Shown here in pieces: positions 48,994 to 60,173 of a stretch of 64,000 bases of DNA. A model generated the notes under the pieces. It worked only from the letters and a program-made list of their open reading frames with translations, was not told where the DNA came from and searched no databases. The translations under genes were made by a program, and so were the position numbers. Each line of letters begins with the position of its first letter. The stretch's first letter is position 1. The DNA is from Acidobacteriota bacterium. Lineage in GTDB: Bacteria > Acidobacteriota > CAIWXX01. The DNA lies in the NCBI GenBank assembly GCA_040755995.1, contig JBFMAF010000049.1, forward strand, positions 64,001 to 128,000. The letters run 5' to 3'.

Positions 48994-50238
48994 CTATCCT
49001 TCGTACTTCTTGAACAACAGGCTGGCATTTGTGCCGCCGAAACCGAATGAGTTGCTCAGCGCATACTGCACCGGCATCTTGCGCGCCTCGTTGGGCACGT
49101 AGTCCAGGTCGCAGTCGGGATCGGGGTGGTGGAGGTTGATGGTGGGGGGAACAACGGAGTCTCGGATCGCCAGCACGGAGAAGCCGGCCTCGATGCCTCC
49201 GGCGGCGCCGAGCAGATGCCCGGTCATGGACTTTGTGGAGCTGATCGCAATCTTGTATGCGTGCTCTCTGAACACCCTCTTGATCGCCATTGTCTCGGTC
49301 CGATCGTTGTGAGGTGTGGAGGTCCCATGGGCGTTGATGTAGTCGATCTCTGACAGCTGGACGTTGGCGTCTTCGAGCGTCTTCAGCATGACGCGCACTG
49401 CCCCGTCGCCGTCTTCAGAGGGCGCCGTGATGTGGTAGGCGTCGCCGGTCATTCCATAGCCGACCAGCTCGGCGTAAATCGTCGCATCGCGGCGAAGGGC
49501 GTGGCCGAGCTCCTCCAGAATCACGATGCCGGCTCCCTCGCCCATCACGAACCCGTCCCGTTCCGAGTCGAATGGGCACGACGCCCGCTCCGGCTGGTCG
49601 TTTCGAGTGGACATGGCTTTCATGGAGCAGAAGCCTCCAATGCCCAGGGGCGTGATGACCGACTCGGTGCCCCCGGCGATCATCACGTCCGCGTCGTCGC
49701 GCTGGATGATCTTGAAGCTGTCTCCGATGGCGTGGGAGCCCGTGGAGCAGGCGGTGGCCGGAGCCGAGTTCGGTCCCTTGGCGCCGTAGCGGATGGAGAT
49801 CTGGCCGGAGGCGAGATTCACGATCAGCGCGGGGATGAAGAACGGCGAGATCTTGCGCGGCCCTCCCTCGAGCAGATTCTTGTGCGTGCTCTCGATGATC
49901 GGAAGACCGCCGATACCCGAGCCGACGATGACACCCGCCCGCGGAGCCTCCTCCGGCCCGATCGTCAGCCTCGAGTCCTCCATCGCAAACTGGGCCGCTG
50001 CCAGCGCGTAGTGGATGAAGATGTCCATCTTCTTGATCTCGCGCTTTTCGATGTAATTCGCCGGATCGAACCCACGCACCTCACCCGCGATGCGGGTCGG
50101 ATACTGACTGACGTCAAAGCGAGTGATCGGGCCGATGCCGTTCTTGCCGGCCACCAGCGCTTCCCAGTTCTCGCGCGTGCCGATCCCCAGGGGCGATATC
50201 AGCCCGACACCGGTGACTACAACTCTCCGCTTCTCCAT
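48994..50238 (-). CDS. fabF: Beta-ketoacyl-ACP synthase II
   Basis: [28 protein letters not shown]. Confidence 0.96.
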   Translation of the reverse strand: MEKRRVVVTGVGLISPLGIGTRENWEALVAGKNGIGPITRFDVSQYPTRIAGEVRGFDPANYIEKREIKKMDIFIHYALAAAQFAMEDSRLTIGPEEAPRAGVIVGSGIGGLPIIESTHKNLLEGGPRKISPFFIPALIVNLASGQISIRYGAKGPNSAPATACSTGSHAIGDSFKIIQRDDADVMIAGGTESVITPLGIGGFCSMKAMSTRNDQPERASCPFDSERDGFVMGEGAGIVILEELGHALRRDATIYAELVGYGMTGDAYHITAPSEDGDGAVRVMLKTLEDANVQLSEIDYINAHGTSTPHNDRTETMAIKRVFREHAYKIAISSTKSMTGHLLGAAGGIEAGFSVLAIRDSVVPPTINLHHPDPDCDLDYVPNEARKMPVQYALSNSFGFGGTNASLLFKKYEG

Positions 50239-50289
50239 CGCGCCTCCATGCTCCGTCCTGAACAGCCTCCGCGGCCGCGCCGCCCGGGC

Positions 50290-50529
50290 CTACGTGTGCG
50301 ACTGGATGTACTCGACGGCCTGGCCCACCGTCGTGATCTTCTCTGCGTCCGAATCCGGGATTTCGATCTTGAACGCATCCTCGAATGCCATGACCAGTTC
50401 GACCACATCCAGCGAGTCGGCTCCGAGGTCCTCGGCGAAGGAACTCTCCCGGGTCACTTCGTCCTCATGAACCCCTAGCTTCTCCAAGATGATTGTCTTG
50501 ACTCGTTCTTCGACGTTCTGTGCGACCAT
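50290..50529 (-). CDS. acpP: Acyl carrier protein
   Basis: [14 protein letters not shown]. Confidence 0.96.
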   Translation of the reverse strand: MVAQNVEERVKTIILEKLGVHEDEVTRESSFAEDLGADSLDVVELVMAFEDAFKIEIPDSDAEKITTVGQAVEYIQSHT

Positions 50530-50573
50530 GTTGTTCTCCGATCCTCCTGTAAGGTTGGATTAGACTCGAATCT

Positions 50574-51557
50574 TCACCACTTCAGAAGCACGGCGCCCCA
50601 CGTGACGCCGGCTCCGAAGGCGGTTAGAAGCACATTCATCCCCGGCTTCAGCCTGCCTTGCGTGTAGAGCTCGTCGAGCGCTATCGGTATCGAGGCGGAA
50701 GATGTGTTCCCGATGCGATCGATGTTCTCGTAGACCTTTTCCGGCGGCACTCCGAGCCGCTCCCTGACCGCCTCATTGATCCGCGTGTTGGCCTGGTGCG
50801 GCACCAGGAGGTCGACCTGGTCGACCGACATCCCCGCCTCCTTGATCACCCTCGCGCTCACGTCGAACATGTTCCGCACGGCGACCTTGAAGAGCTCGTT
50901 TCCGCGCATCTTGATGTAATGCAGCCGGTCGTCGATTGACGCGTGAGTGGCCGGGTACCGGGTGCCGCCGCCCGGAATGAAAAGAAACTCGGCGAGCGTC
51001 CCGTCACTACGGATCTCCGTCGCGAAGATCCCGGAGTCGTCGTTGGACGGCGAAACCACAGCCGCGCCTGCTCCGTCTCCGAAGATCACGCAGGTCGCGC
51101 GATCCGTATAGTCGACGTAGCGGCTCAGCACCTCGACGCCGATCACCAAAATATTCTCGTACTTGGCGGTCTTGATGAACTGATCGGCGATCGTAAGGCC
51201 GTAGAGGAATCCCGAACATGCCGCAGCCATGTCATACGCGACGGCCTTGTTTGCACCCAGCTGCGCCTGCACCAGGCAGGCGGTAGACGGCAGCGGCTGG
51301 TCGGGCGATATGGTGGCACAAACGATCATGTCCAGATCCGACCCGGTCAGGCCGGCGCGATCCAGAGCGACCTTCGACGCGCGGGACGCGATCACCGAAG
51401 TGTGCTCGTCGGGCCCCGAGATGTGACGTTCCCGAATGCCGGTGCGCGTGCGAATCCATTCGTCGGAGGTATCGACCATCTTCTCGAGTTCTGCGTTGGT
51501 CAGGACCTTCGGCGGCACGCAGGAGCCGATCGAGCGGATGTGGGCGCGTCGGGTCAT
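50574..51557 (-). CDS. fabH: Beta-ketoacyl-ACP synthase III
   Basis: AACSGF, FGDGAGA, PHQAN, GNTSSAS. Confidence 0.96.
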   Translation of the reverse strand: MTRRAHIRSIGSCVPPKVLTNAELEKMVDTSDEWIRTRTGIRERHISGPDEHTSVIASRASKVALDRAGLTGSDLDMIVCATISPDQPLPSTACLVQAQLGANKAVAYDMAAACSGFLYGLTIADQFIKTAKYENILVIGVEVLSRYVDYTDRATCVIFGDGAGAAVVSPSNDDSGIFATEIRSDGTLAEFLFIPGGGTRYPATHASIDDRLHYIKMRGNELFKVAVRNMFDVSARVIKEAGMSVDQVDLLVPHQANTRINEAVRERLGVPPEKVYENIDRIGNTSSASIPIALDELYTQGRLKPGMNVLLTAFGAGVTWGAVLLKW

Positions 51558-52573
51558 CGAGTGTCGTCCTTCCTGAATGTGCGTTCGATATCCGTGTGAA
51601 TTCGCTCGGCGATGCGCATCTGGACGAACTCCCCCGCTATACGGACGGCGTTTCTTATGGCCTTGGCGGGAGAACGCCCGTGGCAGATGATGCATACGCC
51701 CTTGATTCCGAGCAGCGGAGCGCCGCCGTATTCGGAGTAGTCGACACGCTTCTTGAAGCGGGTGAACGCAGGGCGGGAGAGCAGATACCCGAGCTTGGCG
51801 AGCGAGCTCTTCTCGATCTCACGACGCAGCAGCGAGCCGACGGCTTCGATCAGACTCTCGCTCACCTTCAGCACCACGTTGCCCGTGAAACCATCGCACA
51901 CTATGACGTCCATGTTGCCGTTGTAGACGTCGCGCCCTTCCGCGTTGCCTATGAAGTTCAGATCGGCGTCCTTGAGAACCTTGAAGACCTCTTTGGTGAG
52001 CTCGTTCCCCTTGCTCTCCTCCTCGCCGACGCTCATGAGCCCGACCCGCGGGCTCTTCACTCCGAGGATCTCGCGGGCATAGATGCTCCCCATGATCGCG
52101 AACTGCTCCAGATGCCTCGGCTTGCAGTTCACGTTCGCGCCGACGTCGATGAGGACGGCGTGCCCGCTGAGGGTGGGAACGATGGTGGCGAGCGCCGGGC
52201 GATCGACGCCTTCGATCGAGCCGGCGACGGTCTTGACGGTCGCCATGACTGCGCCGGTGTTTCCGGCGCTCACGAATCCGTCAACCCTGCCTTCCTTCAG
52301 GAGCGTCGCGCCGACGCGAATCGACGATCCGCGCTTCTTGCGCAGCGCAGTCAACACGTCCTCGTCCATGGCGACGACCTCAGGGGCATGGACGACCTCG
52401 ACCGAGAGGCCGTCGGTGCCGACGCGCTGCAGGTGCTTGCGCACTTCGTCTTCGATGCCGACCAGTGTTATCGCCACACCCAGCTCGCGGGCGGCGGCGA
52501 CGGCACCTTCTACCGGATTGGCGGGGGCATGGTCGCCCCCCATCGCGTCGACACAGATCCGCGGCTGGCTCAA
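51554..52573 (-). CDS. plsX: Phosphate acyltransferase
   Basis: DAMGGD, SAGNTGA, DVGAN, DGFTGN, HGRS. Confidence 0.96.
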   Translation of the reverse strand: MSQPRICVDAMGGDHAPANPVEGAVAAARELGVAITLVGIEDEVRKHLQRVGTDGLSVEVVHAPEVVAMDEDVLTALRKKRGSSIRVGATLLKEGRVDGFVSAGNTGAVMATVKTVAGSIEGVDRPALATIVPTLSGHAVLIDVGANVNCKPRHLEQFAIMGSIYAREILGVKSPRVGLMSVGEEESKGNELTKEVFKVLKDADLNFIGNAEGRDVYNGNMDVIVCDGFTGNVVLKVSESLIEAVGSLLRREIEKSSLAKLGYLLSRPAFTRFKKRVDYSEYGGAPLLGIKGVCIICHGRSPAKAIRNAVRIAGEFVQMRIAERIHTDIERTFRKDDTR

Positions 52574-52576
52574 AGG

Positions 52577-52759
52577 CTAGACCTGCTCCACCGGCATCAC
52601 CGCCTTGCCCTTGTAATGACCGCAGTGCGGGCAGGCACGGTGGGGAAGAATCTTCTGATGGCACTGCGAGCACTCGGCGAGCGACTGATGCTTGAGTGCA
52701 TCGTGCGCTCTGCGCCGGTCTCGACGTGCTTTCGAATGGCGTCGCTTCGGGTTTGGCAT
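52577..52759 (-). CDS. rpmF: 50S ribosomal protein L32 (Zn-binding type)
   Basis: MPNPKRRHSK...CSQC...HRACPHCGHY. Confidence 0.95.
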   Translation of the reverse strand: MPNPKRRHSKARRDRRRAHDALKHQSLAECSQCHQKILPHRACPHCGHYKGKAVMPVEQV

Positions 52760-52845
52760 GTTATCTCCTGTTGATCCCGTATATCATCGAACACAGTGTA
52801 TCAATGCGTCTCCGCTGGTCGTCTCCGGCGTCCCGCGAGCTGCCC

Positions 52846-53313
52846 TCAAGCGCACCTGCACGCGAACCTGTTCCGGTCCACGCCACAGGTGGGGCAGATA
52901 CCGCGACAGTCGGGACTGCAGAGAGGGCGCATCGGCAGCGAAAGGTTGATCTGCTCAGTAATAAGGTCCTCGAGCACCAGTTTCTCCTGGGCGTAGAACG
53001 ACGTATCCATGTCCTCGGCCGTCAGCTCGATTTCGACGAACCGGCCGAAGCGGGGGCGGGGGAGGAGTTTCAGGTGAACGTCCTTGGAGGCGTCCAGCAG
53101 GAAGTTCTCGAGGCATCGACTGCATGGGACCCACATGGTCGCGCTGATTCGGCCGTCGACGGCAAAATGGTCCCTCTGGCGGGCGAGCACTGCGTCCACC
53201 CTCGGAGGCGACGCGAAGGAGATGCCTCCCTCCACGAGCACCGCCGGGTCGATCTCGACCTCCGTCGCGATCTCATACGGCTCCTTCTCGGCCCACTCGA
53301 ACAGCACGTCCAT
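52846..53313 (-). CDS. yceD: YceD/DUF177 family protein
   Basis: CSRCL, LPMRPLCSPDCRGICPTCG; upstream of rpmF. Confidence 0.9.
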   Translation of the reverse strand: MDVLFEWAEKEPYEIATEVEIDPAVLVEGGISFASPPRVDAVLARQRDHFAVDGRISATMWVPCSRCLENFLLDASKDVHLKLLPRPRFGRFVEIELTAEDMDTSFYAQEKLVLEDLITEQINLSLPMRPLCSPDCRGICPTCGVDRNRFACRCA

Positions 53314-53333
53314 GGTTCTCCCCAAAGCTCCAG

Positions 53334-53362
53334 AAGCTACCATAGGCGCCGATAGCGGTCAA
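53334..53362 (-). promoter_or_regulatory. Putative promoter of the yceD-rpmF-plsX operon
   Basis: TTGACC-N17-TAGCTT. Confidence 0.45.
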
Positions 53363-53429
53363 GGTTCGGCAGCAGGCGTTTCTCCGATTCCCCCCTTTCA
53401 CCACAGGACATTCCAATCCGCCCACCGCC

Positions 53430-54176
53430 TCACATATAGAGGCCGCCGGAGACGTTCAGGACGTTGCCGGTGATATAGGATGCGTAGTCGCTGGCCAGAA
53501 ACGCGGCGGCGTGGGCGATGTCCTCGGCCTCGCCCAGCCGCCTCAACGCGATCGCCTCCTTCAGCTTCTCGATCTGATCGCCCTGCAGTTTCTCCGTCAT
53601 GGCGGTCCGGATGAATCCCGGAGCGATTGCGTTGACAGTGACATTGCGCGAGCCCAGCTCTCGAGCAAGCGATTTCACAAAGCCTATGATCGCGGCCTTG
53701 CTGGCCGCGTAGTTGGTCTGCCCGGGATTGCCCATCATTCCCACGACCGAGGATATGGCGATGATCCGCCCGTATCGCTCCTTCATCATCCCCTTAATCA
53801 GCTCCTTGGTCAGGTAGTAGACAGGGTGGAGATTCACCTTGAGCACCAGGTCCCATTCGATGTCCGACATGCGCATCAGGAGGTTGTCCTTGGTGATGCC
53901 GGCGTTGTGGATCAGGATCTGGCACGGGCCGCTCTGCTCGATGCTCTTGGCGACGGCCGCGAGTGTCTCATCACGATTGGTCAGGTCTACCGCCAGGCTC
54001 TCGACGGCTGCCCCTTTCTCACGAAGAGCAGCCACCGTCTGCCGCAGCGCCTCCTCTTCCTTGTCCAGAAGCAGCAGCTTGCAGTTGGCGCCGGCCAGGT
54101 CGCCGGCAATGGCAGCCCCGATGCCCCTGGCCCCGCCCGTGATCAGCGCACGCTTTCCGGTGAAATCGAGTCTCAT
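53430..54176 (-). CDS. fabG: 3-oxoacyl-ACP reductase
   Basis: TGGARGIG, NAGITKDNL, GNPGQTNYAASK, APGFI; AAGGAG RBS. Confidence 0.93.
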   Translation of the reverse strand: MRLDFTGKRALITGGARGIGAAIAGDLAGANCKLLLLDKEEEALRQTVAALREKGAAVESLAVDLTNRDETLAAVAKSIEQSGPCQILIHNAGITKDNLLMRMSDIEWDLVLKVNLHPVYYLTKELIKGMMKERYGRIIAISSVVGMMGNPGQTNYAASKAAIIGFVKSLARELGSRNVTVNAIAPGFIRTAMTEKLQGDQIEKLKEAIALRRLGEAEDIAHAAAFLASDYASYITGNVLNVSGGLYM

Positions 54177-54310
54177 CGTCTCCTCCTTAGGGTTCTCAGC
54201 TTCCGAGCCTGCGATTCTCACACAGATCGCACGCAGACACAATGAAGGCCTCATTGCTCATGCCGTTAGGGACTACGCATCCAAGAGATGCGGCGGTGCT
54301 TTCAGGAGGC

Positions 54311-54357
54311 GAAACGGCGAAACGGAGAATCGGAGAGAGGGAGAAAGGGGAAGCGGT
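54311..54357. repeat. Degenerate 8-bp tandem repeat (GANNCGGN)
   Basis: gaaacggc gaaacgga gaatcgga gagaggga gaaagggg. Confidence 0.6.
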
Positions 54358-54438
54358 GAGGGGGTCGCGGTGGGTCTCCGTGTCACCGCGTCCGCAGCCG
54401 TGAGCAGGCGCTGTTGCTGGCAACCACAGAGTCGCTAG

Positions 54439-54486
54439 AAAAAGTGAACCGCCAGAGGTCACCGCGCGTTCGACCCCTGGCGGTTC
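54439..54486 (-). terminator. Intrinsic terminator
   Basis: GAACCGCCAG.GGTC / GACC.CTGGCGGTTC stem followed by ACTTTTT on the minus strand. Confidence 0.8.
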
Positions 54487-54710
54487 GGCCAACCCGTTGC
54501 TTTGATGGTGTCTGCGCTCTATCTGTGCCCGACGGCCTCATTTCCGAGTGCCCGCGGTTATCGCTACAGCGGCGCCTGCCCATCAGTCCGATTGATGTCG
54601 GACTCTGTCACAACCCGTTCCCTCGCAGCTCCTAGGCACTGCTCCGGAACGTCTTTCAAGCGGCCAGATTCGCTTTTGCTCTCTAGCTACTCTCCTTTGG
54701 TTAGGCCTCT
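54439..54710 (-). ncRNA. Candidate structured non-coding RNA or attenuator leader, family unassigned
   Basis: Bounded by promoter and terminator; closing stem and at least 6 nested helices; no credible ORF. Confidence 0.65.
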
Positions 54711-54716
54711 GCGTAG

Positions 54717-54745
54717 AATATAGACAGCGCATCGGCACTTGTCAA
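54717..54745 (-). promoter_or_regulatory. sigma70 promoter of the candidate ncRNA
   Basis: TTGACA-N17-TATATT. Confidence 0.75.
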
Positions 54746-54761
54746 GGTCGTTCTGTGAAAA

Positions 54762-54822
54762 TACAGCGCCTCACACATCGCGTCGACTTGTTGAAACTGT
54801 TGCGGACTCATGACGCCCTGTA
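54762..54822. mobile_element. MITE-like short element, copy 3
   Basis: Ends TACAGCGCCTCA / TGACGCCCTGTA; 61 bp, same length as the 36752 copy. Confidence 0.6.
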
Positions 54823-54834
54823 TAGACTCGTGAA

Positions 54835-55641
54835 ATGCGGCGCGCGGTCGAACACGCGGAAACAGCCCGGCCAGGCCGGGCGCTCCTGGGCAAGGCATGC
54901 CTGGTCACCGGCGCAGGCCGTGACCTGAGCGCTGCCATCGCTGACGGGCTGGCCCGTGAGGGGGCGCTCCTGGGAATTCACTACAACCGTAGTAAAGCCG
55001 GCGCCATGCGCCTCCAGCGGCAGATCATCCGGCGAGGCGGCATCGCTCACGTGGTGCAAGCAGACCTTCGCGACGAGACCGCCGTCCGGCGCATGGTTCG
55101 GCAGGCGCACCGCCTGCTCGGAAGGATCGACATTCTCGTGAACAGCGCCGGCCTGTTCTATCGATCCGACCTGTTCGATACTCCGATGCGCTCGCTGGAC
55201 CTGCTCTTCGACCTGAATCTGAAGGCGGCGCTGATTTGCGCGCGCGAGTGTGCCGCGGTCATGACGAGACAGGGGAGCGGCTGCATAGTCAACATCTCGT
55301 CGCTCGGCGCCTTCGAGGCGTGGCCGGGCTACCTGGGCTACTGCGCTTCGAAGGCGGCCCTTGTCTCCGCGACGCGAACGATGGCACTCCAGCTCGCTCC
55401 TGCCATCACCGTCAATTCAGTCGCACCGGGGTTCATCGATCTCCCGTCGGAGCTGAGCCTCGCTGCCAGGCGTCGCATTATCGCCAAGATCCCGGCCGCA
55501 CGCCTCGGGAGCTATGACGACGTCGTGGGGGCCGTGCTGTACCTGTGCCGGTCCCCGTACGTCACCGGACAGGTGCTGCTCGTTGACGGCGGCGCGTCGA
55601 TCAGGCACCAGGCGCCAGGAATAAGCGACCGGTACCGGTAA
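54835..55641 (+). CDS. SDR oxidoreductase, pteridine reductase/FolM-like
   Basis: VTGAGRDL, IHYNRS, VNSAG, YCASKAAL, YVTGQVL.VDGG. Confidence 0.85.
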   Translation: MRRAVEHAETARPGRALLGKACLVTGAGRDLSAAIADGLAREGALLGIHYNRSKAGAMRLQRQIIRRGGIAHVVQADLRDETAVRRMVRQAHRLLGRIDILVNSAGLFYRSDLFDTPMRSLDLLFDLNLKAALICARECAAVMTRQGSGCIVNISSLGAFEAWPGYLGYCASKAALVSATRTMALQLAPAITVNSVAPGFIDLPSELSLAARRRIIAKIPAARLGSYDDVVGAVLYLCRSPYVTGQVLLVDGGASIRHQAPGISDRYR

Positions 55642-55676
55642 CAGTCTCCGTCTCGCCGGCCGGCGCCTCCACGCGG

Positions 55677-57350
55677 CTACTTGATGATCGTCACCGAGCT
55701 CTCCGGCGACAGGTCAGAAAGGTTTTGAACGCTGTCGTAGCATCGGAGGCGGAAGTAGTATGTCGTGTCGTACTGGAGGTCGGTGACCCAGTAGGCGGTC
55801 TTGTTCCCGAGATCGACGGTGCGATCATAGACGTTGGGTCTGGTCCCGTACTGGAGTATGTAGCCGGCACGATCGGATTCGGCGTTGGGCGGCCACGTCA
55901 GCTTCGCCTTCTTCTTGGTTCCGACCTGCTCGCTCGAGAGACTCTCGGGCGCCCTGGGAGCCAGTGTCTTTATGAGCCCCCACCACTTCTGGCCCATCAG
56001 TTGAAATCCGCGGGCGTTAGGGTGGACCTTGTCCGTCATCAAGGTGTATGCGTAGTTCGGATCCGCGATGAATGCGTTGTAGATGTCCACGTAGCCGAGG
56101 CGATCGTCGATGATCAGCTTGCGGATCAGCTCGTTGGTCGCGCGCGTGTGATATCCGGTAGGATCGAAGTCGTCGTCGCGGCCGCGAGGCAGGAGTGTCG
56201 AGAGTAGAGCCGTCGTCCCTGCTCCAACGCACTTCTGGGTCATCGCGCGCAGGTTGTCGCGCGTGGTTGCGGGCGTAATGGCGGAATGCCTCGTCACGTC
56301 ATTCGTCCCTTCCATCAGCAAGACGTACGCCGGGCGAATCGAGCTCAGCACGCCAGGCAGTCGCGCCAGCCCCTCCGCGGTGATCTCGCCGCCGAACCCC
56401 TCGTTGAAGACCTGCGTCGGGCCGTACCCCTGCGAAAGCAGATCGATGAGAGTGGGGTAGTAACCCACGCGAGTGCTCTGGCTGTGGTCTTCAGGAGTGT
56501 TTCCCTCGGTGATCGAATCGCCGAATCCGCAGAAGCTGTTCACAGCGGCGGCGGCCGCCGGTCGAGTCCGGGGCGGCTCCGCAACTGGCTCGACGATCGT
56601 TCCATCGGCCAGCAGGGGCGTTTCCATCGCGCGCCTGCCTGTGCCGTCGTTGTGAACCCAGCAAAGCAGCCGGCCGCCGGACTCATCCTGCCGGATGCTC
56701 GGGAGGATGTCGGCCGCGCCGGAGTCATGCGTGACCGCCCTCTCGGGCGCGAAGCGCGGAGGCGATCCGGCAAGCCCCGTCACGGCGTAGATCTCGTAGT
56801 CCTCTCCGTCATAGCCGGAGTAGGCAACTAGAATCCGGCCTTCCGAGACCGAGATGGCCGGCATCGTGCGAGGCTCGTTGATACCGGCCGGTGAGAGCAG
56901 AACGGGGCGGCTCCAGGCGCCGGCTTCTCTACATATGTAGTAAACACGCTCGTGGCCGTCCTCGACCGCCGTGATCGCCATGTGCAGGGCCCCTCCCGAT
57001 TCGGTCGCGCTCAAGCCGCCGATCGAGTCGAATGCCGCGACGTCGTGGAAGGCGGGCCGGGCGCTCACGTCGGATATGTCCGCCTCCTCGATCGCCTCGC
57101 CGCCGGCGCGGCGGATCTTGAAGAGGGCGGTCGAGCCCGCGAGCACGACGTAGTCCGCTCCCGGGCGATCCCAGAGCGCCCTGAGGCCGTTGGGGGTCTG
57201 CCTCAACAGGGAGACTCCTCGTTCGGTCTCGGCCAGCACATAGGCGCCGCCGCGCAAAGGGATCGCGTTTTGGATCTCGGACCGCTCGTCATTCGGCGCG
57301 GCGCCGAGCAGCGCCGGAGCCAGCCACAGACAGAGGGACCACCTGAGCAT
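55677..57350 (-). CDS. Exported SGNH/GDSL hydrolase with C-terminal FN3-like domain
   Basis: FGDSITEG, EGTND, DKVHPN; W..N.E.D..GY...YG and YYFRL in FN3. Confidence 0.85.
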   Translation of the reverse strand: MLRWSLCLWLAPALLGAAPNDERSEIQNAIPLRGGAYVLAETERGVSLLRQTPNGLRALWDRPGADYVVLAGSTALFKIRRAGGEAIEEADISDVSARPAFHDVAAFDSIGGLSATESGGALHMAITAVEDGHERVYYICREAGAWSRPVLLSPAGINEPRTMPAISVSEGRILVAYSGYDGEDYEIYAVTGLAGSPPRFAPERAVTHDSGAADILPSIRQDESGGRLLCWVHNDGTGRRAMETPLLADGTIVEPVAEPPRTRPAAAAAVNSFCGFGDSITEGNTPEDHSQSTRVGYYPTLIDLLSQGYGPTQVFNEGFGGEITAEGLARLPGVLSSIRPAYVLLMEGTNDVTRHSAITPATTRDNLRAMTQKCVGAGTTALLSTLLPRGRDDDFDPTGYHTRATNELIRKLIIDDRLGYVDIYNAFIADPNYAYTLMTDKVHPNARGFQLMGQKWWGLIKTLAPRAPESLSSEQVGTKKKAKLTWPPNAESDRAGYILQYGTRPNVYDRTVDLGNKTAYWVTDLQYDTTYYFRLRCYDSVQNLSDLSPESSVTIIK

Positions 57351-57367
57351 GTTCTCGATATCTCCTT

Positions 57368-58212
<845 letters not shown>

Positions 58213-58216
<4 letters not shown>

Positions 58217-60030
58217 TGCCGTTTCTCCAGTGTGACGTTGACGGTCATCTGTTGTTCCCCGCGCAGGACTACCACCTCGACCACCTGCCCGGGCTTGTGG
58301 GCCTTGAGTGTGTATGAAAAATCGTAAAGATTCCTGATCTCCTGGCCGGCGAATCTGATGAGAATGTCGCCCGCCTTGAGGCCGGCCTTGGCGGCCGGCG
58401 ATCCATCCTTCACGTCGGCGAACTTGACGCCGCGCACCTCCTCGCCGAAGTCCGGAATGGAACCGAAGTATGCTCCGTATCCACCTCCGCCCGAGCGTCC
58501 CGTCGGCGGTGCAGACTCTGCCACGCGCACGAAAGCGGGTCGCTCCGGCAGCGTCGAAATACCGTCGATGATCTGGTAGACCATCTTGACGACCTTCTCG
58601 GAACCCGGCCCGTCTATCTTGTCCCAGGTGTCGGACGGCTTGTGATAGTCCGCGTGCAGCCCGGAGAAGAAGAACAGCACCGGGACTCCGTGACTGACGA
58701 AGGAAGTCTGATCGGATGCGCTGTAGCCGGAGGCTGATGTAACGGCCTCCATGGCCGTCGTCTTGCAGGCAGATTGCACCAGACCGTCGAAAGCCGGCGA
58801 TGTTCCGACTCCGGTGACGTAAATCTTGTTCGACTTGGGCCGCCCGACCATGTCCATGTTGATCATGGCGGCGATTTCTGCGAGGGGCACCGGCGGGTTC
58901 TTGACCAGGTAGGCGGAGCCCAGAAGGCCGATCTCCTCTCCCGCGAATGCGGCGAACAGCAGCGACCTGCGCGGCGACTGGTTCGCGAAGGCCTGCGCGA
59001 GCTCCAGGAGGCCCGCCACTCCGGAAGCGTTGTCGTCGGCGCCGTGGTGCGGCTGGCCGATGAACCGGGGCGCAAGCGAGTTCTTCTCACCGAGCCCCAG
59101 GTGATCGTAGTGCGCGCCCACGACGATCCACTCATCGATCCGGCCCGGGACCTCGGCGGCCACGTTGCGTACCGGCTTCCGCGTCTTGCTCGCGGTGAGG
59201 TCGATCGACGCGCTCATCTGCGGAAGGGAGAAGCTCTGAGGCTTCAGGTCACGGTCGATTGCGGCGTGTATCGCCGAAAAATCTTTGCCGGCGGCTGCGA
59301 GCAGGGACTTGATCACCGGCAGATGAACGGCGACCACCGGCAGTCCCCAGTCTTCGGCGATGCCGCCTTCTTTGAACGGCGGAAGCGCCTCGCGCTCATC
59401 CTCGGCGTGAGAAGGATCCGCCACGACGATGACTCCTTTGGCGCCGTGCATGCGGGCATTGAGCGCCTTGCTGGTGAGGGTCGACTGGAGGGCCAGCGGA
59501 TCCTCGCCTGCTTCCACCTTCTCCTTCTCGCGCGGGGCGTGCGTCATCACGACGACGATCTTGTCCTTGACGTCCACATCCTTGAAATCATCATAAGGGG
59601 GGTTTTCGGTGGCAATCCCATATCCGACGAATACCAGGTCGGCCGAAACCTGGTTGGTCTCTCCGAGCCCGAGCGGGAGGAAATCAGAAAAGAGCTTCAG
59701 GCGCTCTTGCTGATCTCCGCGTCGCAGGACGACACTGCTCTCGGGCGCGAAATCAGTGCGGACCGTGATGTCGAACGCCTGGAAGTAGCTGGTGTTGCCG
59801 AATGCGGGCCGGAGTCCGTAGCTCTTGAACTGCTGAGCTATGTAGTCGGCCGCCAGGTCGAGCTCCGGTGAGCCGTTGCCGCGGCCGCGCATGTCGTCAG
59901 CCGCGAGCTTGCGGATGTGCGCCACCAGCTCGTCCGAGTGGACGGACTGCTGCCCGTTCTGTTCGGCGGCCGAGAGGCCGGCAGCGAGCGCGGCCGCGCC
60001 GAGCAGGAGGGTCGTGATCCCTTGCCTCAT
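58213..60030 (-). CDS. M28 family peptidase with PA and PDZ domains
   Basis: Signal peptide, GAHYDH, GADDNASG, GEE.GL.GS, NMDMVG, DYHKPSD, SPAAKAGL. Confidence 0.92.
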
Positions 60031-60173
60031 GAAGGGCCTTTCGACCCCGACCGCGTGGAGTGCGGAACGGCCATGGGGATCAGTGCGGCCACCGGCTACG
60101 GGCAGTCACTCGCTGCTCCTCAATTCTCACTTTCGCGTTGCACCGCCGATGGCACAGCAAGCGAACTATGCGC

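Noticed and set aside
54383..54583. 66-aa ORF within the candidate RNA
   Set aside because: No RBS, runs through the terminator, no protein-like features.
54439..54710. Lysine, cobalamin, T-box or raiA assignment for the structured RNA
   Set aside because: Only short motifs resemble them (AGAGG..AGUA, AGGGAA, UUGAAAG/UCAAAG); diagnostic elements such as GCCGAA, a clear B12 box and UGGNACC are missing.
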